The translations under genes were made by a program, and so were the position numbers. Below are positions 1 to 9,053 of a DNA stretch of 42,229 nt, piece after piece (within the stretch, counting starts at the first letter, position 1; each line of letters starts with the position of its first letter). The notes below the pieces were generated by a model. The model searched no databases. It worked only from the letters and a program-made list of their open reading frames with translations, and was not told the DNA's origin. The DNA comes from Candidatus Methylomirabilia bacterium (GTDB lineage: Bacteria; Methylomirabilota; Methylomirabilia; Rokubacteriales; CSP1-6): the NCBI GenBank assembly GCA_041478145.1, contig JBGOVO010000002.1:1-42229 (forward strand), read 5' to 3'.

Positions 1-1953
1 CAGCTCGACCCCGAGCGCCTTGGCCATCGCGCCGAGGAGGGGGTCCTGCCAGGCCTGGAACTGCCCGTCGAAGTCCTCCCGCGCGTCGCCCTCGCCACGC
101 GGGTACAGGCGCTCGGCCCCGAGGGCGGCGAGCCGCTCGTCGATGAGCCGCGGAATCGCCTGGAACGTGGACGCCCAGTCCCGGTTGCCGCAGCCCCACA
201 CCGTGTACCGCACGCCGGCGAGCGACCCCGTGCCCGGCTCGGCCGCGCGCAGCCACTCGCAGAAGCGGGCCGCGTTGTCGGGCGGCGTCCCGTTGTACGA
301 GGCCGACGCGATGACCACCGCGCCCTCAGTGGGCAGGCGGCCGGCATAGTCGTCGAGCGGGGCCACCGTCACCGCGAAGCCGCCGGCGTCGCCGGACTCG
401 GCGATCCCGCGCGCCACCTCCTCCGCGGTCCCGAGGTTGGAGCCGTAGAGCACCAGCAGGGGCGGCCCGTGGTGCGGACCGGCCCCGGTGAGGACGGGAG
501 CCGTCGGCGCCGTCGCGGCCCGGGTCGCCGGGCGGGCGGGCGCCGAGCGAAGGTCCCGGTCGGGCCTTCGGCGCACCCGGATGCGGAAGCCGTCCGGCTT
601 GACGGTGAGCGTCTCCTTGAGAGCGAGCCGGTAGTGGGTGTGGTCGACCAGCTGGAACCGCTGCAGGATCATGCCGAGCACGAGCGTGGCCTCGACGAGG
701 GCGAACTGGCGACCGATGCAGGCCCGCTGGCCGTTGCCGAAGGGCTTGTAGGCGTTGGCGGGCCGGTGCTGCTCGGCCTCGCGCGAGAAGTTGTCGGGAT
801 CGAAGACGTCGGCGCGCTCGCCCCACACCGCGGGGTCGCGATGCAGCATGGGCGTGAGCACCACGACCTGGTACGGCTTCTTCATCCGGTAGGTCCCGCC
901 GATCGTCGTATCCTCGTACGGGGAGAGCGCGAAGACCGGCGCGGTGGGCCAGAGGCGCAGCGACTCCTTCAGCACCTGCCCGATGTAGGTGAGCTGGTTG
1001 ACCTGGGCGTAGGTCGGCGGTACCGACGGGTCGGGACCGAGGACCCGGTCCACCTCGTCGTAGGCGCGCGCCAGCACCGCCGGATTCTGGAGCAGGAAGT
1101 AGGTGGCGAAGGACAGCAGGCCACTCGTGGTCTCGTGGCCCGCGATCAGGAACGTGATCACCTGGTAGCGGATGTTGAGGTCGTCGAGCCGCTCGCCGCT
1201 CTTGCGGTCCACGCCCGAGAGCATGCAGCTCAGGAGATCCGGCTTCGCCGCGGGGTCCGCGTCGGCGGCCCGCCGCTCCTGGATGATGCGGTCCACCATC
1301 TCGTTCATGTAGCGGATGTCGGCCCGGAGCTGCCGCTCGCGGTCCTTCTTGATCAGGCTCTCGAGCGGCAGGCCCCGCGTCTCCATCGACGCGCCGAGGG
1401 CCCCGATCATCGCCCCCACGAACGGGTGATGGCGGTCGCGGTAGAAGGAGTTGAACCGGTAGCCGAATCCGCAGAGGCCGATGGTGTCGAGGGTGAGCGA
1501 CGTCATGTCGTGGGTGACGTCCACCTCGTCGTCGGCGTTGAGACGCTCCCACTTCAGCACGAGCTGCTGGGCGATGTCGACCATCATCGGGTGGTAACCC
1601 TGCATGGCGCGCGACCCGAAGTTGGGCAGGAGGATGTTGTGGGCCCGCGACCAGTTCGGCTCCTTGGTGTAGGCGGTGAAGAGCCCGTCGCCCGCGAAGG
1701 CGCGGAGGCGGCGCAGCGCGCCCTTGACGCTCTTGTCGAAGCGCGTCTCGTCGCACAGCTCGTCGACCAGCGAGAAGCCCGAGACCACCACGATCGGCTT
1801 GCCCATCATGTCGAGCCAGTAGATGGGCCCGTACTCGCGCGCGAGCGTCATCATGTCCTGGATGGGGGTCGTGGTCCCGAGCGAGAGCAGGTTCCCCAGC
1901 ACGAGGGTGCGCGGAGGATGCGGGATCGGCTCGAGCGGGTTTTTCGCGGCCAT
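1..1953 (-). CDS. Bifunctional cytochrome P450 / NADPH-P450 reductase, CYP102 (P450 BM3)-like; 3' end runs off the left window edge
   Basis: Absent from the ORF track because it is open to the window edge. My minus-strand translation from the ATG (revcomp of 1951-1953) gives MAAKNPLEPIPHPPRTLVLGNLLSL... It contains FLIAGHETTSGLLSF (I-helix) and the heme-Cys loop FGNGQRACIGRQFA. A linker and a flavodoxin-like FMN domain follow (LLVLYGSNLGTAEEVARGIAE...). There are 651 in-frame codons down to position 1. Confidence 0.9.
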   Translation of the reverse strand, partial: MAAKNPLEPIPHPPRTLVLGNLLSLGTTTPIQDMMTLAREYGPIYWLDMMGKPIVVVSGFSLVDELCDETRFDKSVKGALRRLRAFAGDGLFTAYTKEPNWSRAHNILLPNFGSRAMQGYHPMMVDIAQQLVLKWERLNADDEVDVTHDMTSLTLDTIGLCGFGYRFNSFYRDRHHPFVGAMIGALGASMETRGLPLESLIKKDRERQLRADIRYMNEMVDRIIQERRAADADPAAKPDLLSCMLSGVDRKSGERLDDLNIRYQVITFLIAGHETTSGLLSFATYFLLQNPAVLARAYDEVDRVLGPDPSVPPTYAQVNQLTYIGQVLKESLRLWPTAPVFALSPYEDTTIGGTYRMKKPYQVVVLTPMLHRDPAVWGERADVFDPDNFSREAEQHRPANAYKPFGNGQRACIGRQFALVEATLVLGMILQRFQLVDHTHYRLALKETLTVKPDGFRIRVRRRPDRDLRSAPARPATRAATAPTAPVLTGAGPHHGPPLLVLYGSNLGTAEEVARGIAESGDAGGFAVTVAPLDDYAGRLPTEGAVVIASASYNGTPPDNAARFCEWLRAAEPGTGSLAGVRYTVWGCGNRDWASTFQAIPRLIDERLAALGAERLYPRGEGDAREDFDGQFQAWQDPLLGAMAKALGVEL

Positions 1954-1959
1954 CGAAAG

Positions 1960-2565
1960 CTAGTCCGCGTGGTCGGTCAGGCCCGCGACGTCGTAGCCCA
2001 TGACCACCAGGTCACGGGTGCGCCCCGCGTGGTCGACCACGAAGTCCTGCAGCAGCGCCTCCGGCCGGAAGCCGAGCCGCTCGAAGGTGACCATCGCCCC
2101 CTTCTGGTCCGGCGTCATCTGGGCCACGATCTTGCGGAGGCCGCGCTCCCGCGCGAGCGCAAAGATCTCCCCGGCCAGCGTGCGGCCGAGGCCCTGGGAG
2201 CGATAGCGCAGCGCGACCTGGGCGCGGATCTCGCCCAGGTGCCGCTGCCAGGCCACCCGGTTCTGCACCAGGGCCGCGTAGCCCGCGATGCTCCCGCCCG
2301 CCTCCGCGATGACGGTGGTGGTGAGCCCGGCCTCCAGGTTGCGCATCCAGTGCGCCACCGCGTCGGGATCCGTGATGTCCATGCGGAGGAAGAGCAGGTC
2401 GTCTTCGGGCAGGCTCCGGGCGAACGCGGCGATCGACGCGGCGTCGCCGGGGGTCATCAGCCGCAGCACGACCGAGGTCCCGTCCTTGATCTGGACGGGG
2501 CGAGGAAGGAATCGGGGCGCGGACGGCTGCGTGCCGCTCATGGGGAACGTTAGTATAGGGGCCAT
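1960..2565 (-). CDS. GNAT family N-acetyltransferase
   Basis: The 201-aa ORF has an acetyl-CoA-binding-like core (RYRSQGLGRTLAGEIFALARERG). It lies 6 nt upstream of the P450 start on the same strand. The true start may be the internal ATG at 2541 (MSGTQ...). Confidence 0.8.
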   Translation of the reverse strand: MAPILTFPMSGTQPSAPRFLPRPVQIKDGTSVVLRLMTPGDAASIAAFARSLPEDDLLFLRMDITDPDAVAHWMRNLEAGLTTTVIAEAGGSIAGYAALVQNRVAWQRHLGEIRAQVALRYRSQGLGRTLAGEIFALARERGLRKIVAQMTPDQKGAMVTFERLGFRPEALLQDFVVDHAGRTRDLVVMGYDVAGLTDHAD

Positions 2566-4321
2566 GGACGTCCTGGTCGAGACCCGACGCGGGCGTGTGC
2601 GCGGCCTGGCCGAGGGGGGCCTCGCGGTCTTCCGCGGGATCCCCTACGCGCGGCCACCGATCGGCCCGCGGCGCTTCGGCCCCCCGGAGCCCGCCGAGTC
2701 GTGGACCGGCACCCACGACGCGACCCGGTTCGGGCCGTCGGCCTCGCAGAACGGCGCGCTCATCGGCCCGATCATGAGCCTCGGCATCGGCCGCACCAGC
2801 GAGGACTGTCTCTACCTCAACGTGTGGACGCCCGCGGCCGACCGGCGGCGCCGCCCGGTCCTGGTGTGGATCCACGGCGGCGCGTTCGTGCTCGGGGCGG
2901 GCTCCCAGATGCTCTACGACGGCGCGGCCCTGGCCCGGCGCGGAGACGTCGTGGTGGTGACGATCAACTACCGGCTGGGCGCCTTCGGCTTCCTGCGGCT
3001 GCGCGATCGGTTCGGGCAGCGGCTGCCCGCCACCGGCAACGAGGGTCTGCTCGACCAGCTTGCCGCGCTCGCGTGGGTGCGCGACGAGATCGAGGCCTTC
3101 GGCGGCGATCCGGAGCAGGTCACGATCTTCGGCGAGTCGGCCGGCTCCATGAGCTGCGCCACCCTCCTCGGGCTCCCGCGAGCCCACCGTCTCTTCCACC
3201 GCGCGATCCTGCAGTCCGGCGGGGCCAACTTCGTGTGGCCCCGCGAGATCGCGAGCCACCTCTCGGAGCACGTCCTTGCCGAGCTCGGAGTCGACTCGCC
3301 GGAGGCGCTCCAGGCCCTCACCACCGACCGCATCCTGGCCGTCCAGCGCCGGTTCTTCGGCGATCTCCTCCTGGGCGAGGATCACGTGCTGGGCGGTCTC
3401 TCCCCCGCCGGTCAGCGCGTCGCGGGCGCGATGTTCCTGGGCCTGTCGCTGGCGCAGCGCCGGTTCGGCCGCATCGCCTCCCCGCTCGCGCGGGGCCTCG
3501 TCGACGTGCTCAAGCAGCGCGCGCGGCGGCAGGCGGCCGGGCCATCGGGCGCGATGGCGTCGCTGCGGGCGTTGCGCACCCAGGGCCTGCCCTTCCAGCC
3601 GGTGGTGGATGGCGAGGTGATCCCGGGTGATCCGCTCGCGACCATCGGGGCCGGCGGGGCCCGTCACGTTCCCCTGCTGATCGGCACCAATCTCGACGAG
3701 TCGAAGCTCTTCGCCCCGCTCGATCCGGAGGCCGCGAGCCTCGATGAGGCGGGCCTGGTCGCGCGCTGCGAGGAGGCGATCGGGGCCGGGCGCGTGGACG
3801 CCGCGGGCCGCGGGAAGCAGGCGGTCGAGGTCTACCGCGCGGCGCGGGCGGCGCGCGGCGAGCGGGTCGAGCCCGGAGAGCTCTGGTTCGCCATCGAGAC
3901 GGACCGGACCATGCGCCATCCCGCGATGAGCCTGGCCGCGCGGCAGGCCGCGCACCAGCCACAGACCTACGCCTACCTCTTCACCTGGCCCTCACCGGTG
4001 CTGGGCGGCATGCTCGGCTCGTGTCACGCGCTCGACCTGCCCTTCGTCTTCGGCACTCTCGAGCACCGGCTGCTTCGCCCGATCGTCGGCCGGGGCCCCG
4101 AGGCGGTGGCCCTGGCCGAGCGCATCCAGGACGCCTGGATCGCGTTTGCGCGCACCGGCCGGCCGGCGCATCACGGCATCGGGGACTGGCCAGCCTACGA
4201 CGGCGCGCACCGCCGCACCATGATCCTCGACCGGCGCTGCCGGGTGGAGGCGGCCCCGCGGGAGCCGGAGCGCGCCTTCTGGGAGACGGTGGACCGCGCG
4301 GCGGGACGTCAGCCGGGCTAG
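2564..4321 (+). CDS. Carboxylesterase type B (para-nitrobenzyl esterase-like)
   Basis: I take the internal ATG at 2564 of ORF 2288..4321 (MDVLVETRRGRVRG...). Family motifs present are FRGIPYARPP, EDCLYLNVWTP, WIHGGAF, and the nucleophile elbow FGESAGS. Confidence 0.9.
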   Translation: MDVLVETRRGRVRGLAEGGLAVFRGIPYARPPIGPRRFGPPEPAESWTGTHDATRFGPSASQNGALIGPIMSLGIGRTSEDCLYLNVWTPAADRRRRPVLVWIHGGAFVLGAGSQMLYDGAALARRGDVVVVTINYRLGAFGFLRLRDRFGQRLPATGNEGLLDQLAALAWVRDEIEAFGGDPEQVTIFGESAGSMSCATLLGLPRAHRLFHRAILQSGGANFVWPREIASHLSEHVLAELGVDSPEALQALTTDRILAVQRRFFGDLLLGEDHVLGGLSPAGQRVAGAMFLGLSLAQRRFGRIASPLARGLVDVLKQRARRQAAGPSGAMASLRALRTQGLPFQPVVDGEVIPGDPLATIGAGGARHVPLLIGTNLDESKLFAPLDPEAASLDEAGLVARCEEAIGAGRVDAAGRGKQAVEVYRAARAARGERVEPGELWFAIETDRTMRHPAMSLAARQAAHQPQTYAYLFTWPSPVLGGMLGSCHALDLPFVFGTLEHRLLRPIVGRGPEAVALAERIQDAWIAFARTGRPAHHGIGDWPAYDGAHRRTMILDRRCRVEAAPREPERAFWETVDRAAGRQPG

Positions 4322-4337
4322 CGCCCGGGCCGCTCCG

Positions 4338-5087
4338 TCAGGCGGCGGAGTGGCCCCCGTCGAGGAAGAGGGTCTGCCCGGTCATGAAATCCGACGCGGC
4401 GGAGGCCAGGTAGACCACCAGCGGCCCGATCTCGTCGAGCCGGCCGGTTCGGCGGGCCGGCACGTCCCGGAGGAGCCGCTCCCGGACCCGGGGGTCGCCG
4501 AAGGCGTCCGCGTTCATGTCGGTCACGAACCAGCCGGGCGCGATCGCGTTGACCTGGATGGAGTGGCGGGCCCACTCCACGGCCAGGGCCCTCGTGAACC
4601 CCATGACCCCACTCTTGGACGCCGAGTAGACACTGTAGCCGGGCAGACCCGCCTGAGCGAGCATCGAGGAGACGTTGACGATCTTGCCGGACTTCTGGGC
4701 GATCAGGTGCGACGCCGCGGCCCGGCAACCGTGGAAGACCCCGACCAGGTTGACGTCGAGAACGGCCCGAAAGTCCTCGGGCGACATCTGAGCGAGCGGG
4801 GCCACCCGCGCGATCCCCGAGTTGTTGACGACGACGTGAAGTCCGCCCAGCTCGGTCACCGTGCGCTCCACGAGCGCCTCCACCTGAGCGTAGGTGGTCA
4901 CGTCGGTGGCGACCGCGAGGGCCCGGCGACCAGTGGCGGCGACCAGGCGCGCGGTCTCTTCGAGATCGTGCTGCGAGCGCGCGGCGAGCGCCACGTCGGC
5001 GCCGGCCTCGGCCAGCGCGACCGCCATCGCCCGCCCCAGGCCGCGGCTGGCGCCGGTGACGATGGCGACCCGGCCGTCGAGCCGCAT
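4338..5087 (-). CDS. SDR family oxidoreductase (FabG-like)
   Basis: Contains TGASRGLG (Rossmann TGxxxGxG), NNSG, and YSASK (catalytic YxxxK). Length is 249 aa. Confidence 0.9.
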   Translation of the reverse strand: MRLDGRVAIVTGASRGLGRAMAVALAEAGADVALAARSQHDLEETARLVAATGRRALAVATDVTTYAQVEALVERTVTELGGLHVVVNNSGIARVAPLAQMSPEDFRAVLDVNLVGVFHGCRAAASHLIAQKSGKIVNVSSMLAQAGLPGYSVYSASKSGVMGFTRALAVEWARHSIQVNAIAPGWFVTDMNADAFGDPRVRERLLRDVPARRTGRLDEIGPLVVYLASAASDFMTGQTLFLDGGHSAA

Positions 5088-5103
5088 CGCCGCGAGGGCG
5101 CCG

Positions 5104-6894
5104 CTACCGGTAGAGGGAATCGAGCAGCTCCCGGTGCTTGTCGGTGATGATGCGGCGCTTGACCTTGAGCGTCGGGGTCAGGAGCCCGTTCTCGACCGTG
5201 AAGTCCCCGGGCAGGATCATGAACTTCTTGACCTTCGCGTAGGATTGCAGCTCGGCGTTCCGCTCCTCCACGATGCGCGAGACCCGCTCGACCACCTTGG
5301 GGTTCCGGGCCAGCGAGGACGGATCGGTGTCGAGGATGCCCTGGACCCGGGCGAACTTGGCGAGCTCCTCCGGGTTCAAGGTGAGCAGGGCCACCGGATA
5401 GGGCCGCTTGTCCCCGTAGACCATCGCCTGGCTGATGAACGGATCCCCCTTGAGCAGGTTCTCGATGTTCTGCGGCGCGATGTTCATCCCGCCCGCGGTG
5501 ACGATGAGATCCTTCTTCCGGTCGGTGATGAACAGGAATCCGTCCTCGTCGAGCCGGCCGATGTCACCGGTGGCGAACCAGCCGTCGGCCAGGAAGACCT
5601 CCGCGGTCGCCTCCGGCTTCTTGAAGTAGCCCTTGGCGATGTTGGGCCCGCGCCCCAAAATCTCGCCGTCGGGCGCGATCTTGATCTCGATGCCGGGCTG
5701 CGCCTGCCCGACCGAGCCGAACTTGAAGTGCTCCAGCCGGTTGAACGTGAGCGACGGGCAGGTCTCGGTGAGGCCGTAGCCCTCCAGGATCAGGATGCCG
5801 GCCGCGTGGAAGAACTCGGCGATCTCCTTGGACAGCGGGGCGCCGCCCGAGACCGCGAAGCGCAGGCGCCCGCCGAGCGCCTCGTGGAGCTTGGCGAACA
5901 CCAGGGCGTGGGCGATGCGGTGCTTCAGGGCGAGCGGGGCCGGGACCGGCTGGCGCGCCTGCTGCCGCCTCGACACCTCGCGGCCCACCCCGACCGCCCA
6001 GTTGAAGATCCGGCGCTTGATCGGCGAGCCCGCCTCCGCCTTGGCGAGCACGCCCGCGTAGACCTTCTCGAACACGCGGGGCACGCTGCAGATGAAGTGC
6101 GGCTTCACCTCGGGCAGGTTCTCGCGGAGCTTGTCGATGCTCTCCGCGAACGCGGTGGTGAGCCCCCGGTGCACCCCGATGAACGACTCGAGGCGCGCGA
6201 AGGAGTGGGCGAGCGGCAGGAAGAGGAGATGGGTGTCGCCGTCCTGGATACCGGACATCTTGGCCGCGGACGCGAGCGTGCCCATGTGATTGCCGTGAGT
6301 CTGCACCACGCCCTTGGGCGGACCGGTCGTCCCCGACGTGTACACGATGGTGGCGATGTCTTCCGGGCCGACCGCGGCGACCCGATCGGCCAGCTCGGTC
6401 CGGAGCCGCTCGAGGTTGTCGCGGCCGAGCCGCCGGAGCCGGTCCCAGGTCATGATGTGCGACGACGGCTCGCCCTGATAGCCGTGCATGACCACGATCT
6501 GCTCGAGCCCTTCCATCTTCCCCTGCACCTCGAGGACCTTGGCGAGCTGCGCGGGGTCCTCCACGAACAGGGTCTTCACGCCCGCGTCGTTGACGATGTA
6601 CTGGATCAGGTCCGGCGGGTAGGTCGGGTAGATCGGAATGGTGCGGCAGCCCGCGGAGAAGGTCGCGAAGTCGGCCTGCACCCACTCGGCGCGGCTCGCG
6701 GAGAGGATGCCGACCGCCTCGTCCTTGCCGCGCCCGAGCGCGAGGAGGCCGGTGGCCAGCTCGCGCACGATCTCTCCCACCTGGCGCCAGCTGCGGGTGC
6801 GCCAGGCCCCGCTCTCCTTCCACTGCTGCGCCGGTCGGTCGCCGTCCTTCTCCACCCGGTGCCAGAACATGCTTGCCAGCGTCACGTGGGCCAT
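5104..6894 (-). CDS. Long-chain acyl-CoA synthetase (AMP-forming)
   Basis: 596 aa with the AMP-binding motif IVYTSGTTGPPKGV and later GWFATGDIG and the LKVKRR tail. An AGGAGG RBS lies upstream (revcomp of 6896-6901). Confidence 0.9.
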   Translation of the reverse strand: MAHVTLASMFWHRVEKDGDRPAQQWKESGAWRTRSWRQVGEIVRELATGLLALGRGKDEAVGILSASRAEWVQADFATFSAGCRTIPIYPTYPPDLIQYIVNDAGVKTLFVEDPAQLAKVLEVQGKMEGLEQIVVMHGYQGEPSSHIMTWDRLRRLGRDNLERLRTELADRVAAVGPEDIATIVYTSGTTGPPKGVVQTHGNHMGTLASAAKMSGIQDGDTHLLFLPLAHSFARLESFIGVHRGLTTAFAESIDKLRENLPEVKPHFICSVPRVFEKVYAGVLAKAEAGSPIKRRIFNWAVGVGREVSRRQQARQPVPAPLALKHRIAHALVFAKLHEALGGRLRFAVSGGAPLSKEIAEFFHAAGILILEGYGLTETCPSLTFNRLEHFKFGSVGQAQPGIEIKIAPDGEILGRGPNIAKGYFKKPEATAEVFLADGWFATGDIGRLDEDGFLFITDRKKDLIVTAGGMNIAPQNIENLLKGDPFISQAMVYGDKRPYPVALLTLNPEELAKFARVQGILDTDPSSLARNPKVVERVSRIVEERNAELQSYAKVKKFMILPGDFTVENGLLTPTLKVKRRIITDKHRELLDSLYR

Positions 6895-6904
6895 GGTCGC
6901 CTCC

Positions 6905-8410
6905 TCACGTCTGTGTGCGGAGCTCTTTGCGCAGGATCTTGCCGATCGGGCTCTTCGGCAGCGACTCCACGAAGCGGATCCGCTTCGGACACTTGAAGCG
7001 GGCGAGCCGGCCCTCGCAGAACGCGCCGATCTCCTCCGCGGACGCGCGCTCGCCGCTGCGGAGCACCACGAACGCGAGCACGTCCTCTCCCATGAGAGGG
7101 TCCTTCATGCCGACCACCGCGGCCTCCGCCACCTTGGGGTGGGCGTAGAGCACCTCCTCGACCTCGCGCGGGTAGATGTTGAAGCCGCCGCGGATGATGA
7201 GGTCCTTCTTGCGCTCCATGATGAACAGGAAGCCGTCGTCGTCGAGCCGGCCCATGTCCCCGGTGTGGAGCCATCCGGCCCGCACCGTCCGCGCGGTCTC
7301 CTCCGGATTGCGGTAGTAGCCGACCATGACGTTCCGCCCGCGGACGCACACCTCGCCCAGCTCGCCGGCGGGCAGCGGCCGGTCCAGATCGTCCTGGATC
7401 GAGATCTCGACGCCGGGGATCGCGCGGCCCACCGAGCCGATCCGGCGCGGGCCGGAGAGGCGATGGGCCGACACCACCGGCGAGGCCTCGGTGAGGCCGT
7501 AGCCCTCCAGGATCCGGCCGCCGAACTTCCGCTCGAACGGCTCCACGATCTCGACCGGCAGTGGAGCCGCTCCGGAGCCCCAGACTCGCATCGAGCGGGT
7601 ATCGAAGCGATGGGCCTCCGGGAAGTTCAGTAGGTAGATCAGCATCGTGGGCACTGCCGACATCGAAGCCGCTCGGAACTCCTGGATGGTCTGCAAGACC
7701 GCTTCCGGATTGAACCACCGGAGCAGCGCAGCCCGCGAGCCCAGGATGTGGCCGGCGTTCATGACCGTGAGCCCGTAGGAGTGCGACAGCGGCAGGACCG
7801 CCACCGCCCAGTCCTCGCGGCCGAGCTCGTTGAGCGAGGCGGCCGCCCGCGCGTTGGACTCGAGGTTGTCGTGAGAGAGGGCCACTCCCTTGGGCACCCC
7901 GGTGGTCCCCGAGGTGTAGAGGATCATCGCGAGATCGTCGGGGCGGCGATCGACCGTGGGGAAGGCGTCCGACTCCCCCGCCTTCTCGGCGGCCAGCGAG
8001 CGGGTCTGGCCGTCCCCGCCGCCGTCCACGAGGAGGACGTGCAAGAGCGTGGGCAGGACCCCGATCTGCGCCTCGACCTTCCAGAGCATGTCGGCGGCGG
8101 TGATCACCACCTTCGCCTCGGAATCGGCCAGGATGTGGGCGACCTCCCGATCGCCCAGCAGGAAGATGACCGGCACGATGACGCCCCCGCACTTGAGGAT
8201 GGCCCCGTAGCTCTGGGTCACCTCCGGGCAGTTCGGCAGCATCACCACCACGCGATCCCCGACGCCGACGCCCAGCCGGCGCAGGGCGTGGGCCAGCCGG
8301 GAGGCCTCCCGCTGCTGGTCCAGGTTCGTGTATCGGCGTCCTTCGAAGGCCAGCGCGACGTACTCGCCGTACTTGTCGAGGCTCTCTTCCGCCAGGTGGG
8401 CGAGAGACAT
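6905..8410 (-). CDS. Acyl-CoA synthetase (AMP-binding, FadD-like)
   Basis: Contains ILYTSGTTGVPKGV, GYGLTE, GWLHTGDMG and PKSPIGKILRKEL. I prefer the ATG at 8410 (MSLAHLAEE...). The track ORF starts at a GTG at 8422. Confidence 0.85.
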   Translation of the reverse strand: MSLAHLAEESLDKYGEYVALAFEGRRYTNLDQQREASRLAHALRRLGVGVGDRVVVMLPNCPEVTQSYGAILKCGGVIVPVIFLLGDREVAHILADSEAKVVITAADMLWKVEAQIGVLPTLLHVLLVDGGGDGQTRSLAAEKAGESDAFPTVDRRPDDLAMILYTSGTTGVPKGVALSHDNLESNARAAASLNELGREDWAVAVLPLSHSYGLTVMNAGHILGSRAALLRWFNPEAVLQTIQEFRAASMSAVPTMLIYLLNFPEAHRFDTRSMRVWGSGAAPLPVEIVEPFERKFGGRILEGYGLTEASPVVSAHRLSGPRRIGSVGRAIPGVEISIQDDLDRPLPAGELGEVCVRGRNVMVGYYRNPEETARTVRAGWLHTGDMGRLDDDGFLFIMERKKDLIIRGGFNIYPREVEEVLYAHPKVAEAAVVGMKDPLMGEDVLAFVVLRSGERASAEEIGAFCEGRLARFKCPKRIRFVESLPKSPIGKILRKELRTQT

Positions 8411-8490
8411 CGGTCGGATCACCAGTTCGCAATGAGTTTCAAGAGGTTACCCGTATAGCACGAGCGTCGTAACGCGACGCGATAAAACGC

Positions 8491-8519
8491 TTGACCGTGA
8501 TTACGCACTGCGTTATCTT
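8491..8519 (+). promoter_or_regulatory. Sigma-70-type promoter candidate for the phasin gene (TTGACC-17 nt-TATCTT), with inverted repeat ACGCA-C-TGCGT inside the spacer
   Basis: TTGACC is at 8491-8496, followed by a 17-nt spacer and TATCTT at 8514-8519. This is about 40 nt upstream of the AGGAG RBS and the ATG at 8560. The inverted repeat at 8503-8513 overlaps the spacer. Confidence 0.45.
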
Positions 8520-8559
8520 CAAGCGTGTCGTGGTCGAATCGACATCCAGGAGCGAGACG

Positions 8560-9009
8560 ATGACCAACCCCATGCAGATGAGCGAGCTGATGGCCGAGCT
8601 GACCGGCCGCACCGTCGAGGCCTTCTCCGTGTGGGCCGACGCCAACCAGAAAGTCCTCCGGGAGCTCGTGGATCTCTCCGCGAGCACCGCGAAGGAGGGC
8701 GTGCGCCTGTACGCCGAGATCCAGTCCTCGGCGCTCGAGGCGGCCAAGGACGGCCAGGCCTACCTGATGCGTCGACAGGGCGCGATGCAGGAAGCGACCC
8801 GCGATCCGCTCGGGGCCTACCAGAAGGGGGCGCTCGAGTCGGTGGAGACCGCGCAGAAGACCTTCCGGCTCTTCGAGGGCACCGCGCAGGCCGTGACCCG
8901 ATCCGCGGAGCGCCTCCAGGTGACCACCGAGCGGGCCGGGCAGGAGATCCAGGCCACGTTCGCCCAGCTCGCCGGCAAGGTGAAGTCGCTCTACACTCCG
9001 CTCGCCTGA
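8560..9009 (+). CDS. Phasin family (PHA granule-associated) protein
   Basis: I take the internal ATG at 8560, preceded by AGGAG. The protein is Ala/Gln/Glu-rich, helical and low-complexity (MTNPMQMSELMAELTGRTVEAFSVWADANQKVLRELVDLSASTAKEG...). It lies divergent from and adjacent to the pha genes. Confidence 0.75.
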   Translation: MTNPMQMSELMAELTGRTVEAFSVWADANQKVLRELVDLSASTAKEGVRLYAEIQSSALEAAKDGQAYLMRRQGAMQEATRDPLGAYQKGALESVETAQKTFRLFEGTAQAVTRSAERLQVTTERAGQEIQATFAQLAGKVKSLYTPLA

Positions 9010-9021
9010 TCCATCGGAGCG

Positions 9022-9043
9022 CGGGTCGGGACCGCCCGACCCG
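9022..9043. terminator. GC hairpin between convergent phasin and phaR (possible bidirectional terminator)
   Basis: CGGGTCGGG-ACCG-CCCGACCCG forms a 9-bp stem with a 4-nt loop. It sits in the 44-nt gap between the two stop codons. There is no clear U-tract. Confidence 0.4.
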
Positions 9044-9053
9044 GCCCGCGCTG

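Noticed and set aside
326-2553. Long ORFs 326..1756(-) and 469..2553(+). Similar Arg/Pro/Gly/Ala-rich ORFs occur throughout the track, e.g. 2012..3955, 4894..6996, 6882..8432, 10583..11902, 16167..17255, 29427..31604, 33122..35467 and 39287..41635.
   Set aside because: Their translations are low-complexity R/P/G/A strings with no recognisable motifs. They overlap, in other frames or on the other strand, genes with clear family signatures. These are typical shadow ORFs of GC-rich DNA, where stop codons are rare.
2541-2566. Divergent GNAT and esterase start codons overlapping within CCATGG, read as evidence of a misassembly or gene fusion.
   Set aside because: Both proteins are complete and family-typical. 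An in-frame internal ATG (2541) gives the GNAT a normal N-terminus, and the esterase has a -10-like hexamer at leaderless distance. No anomaly is required.
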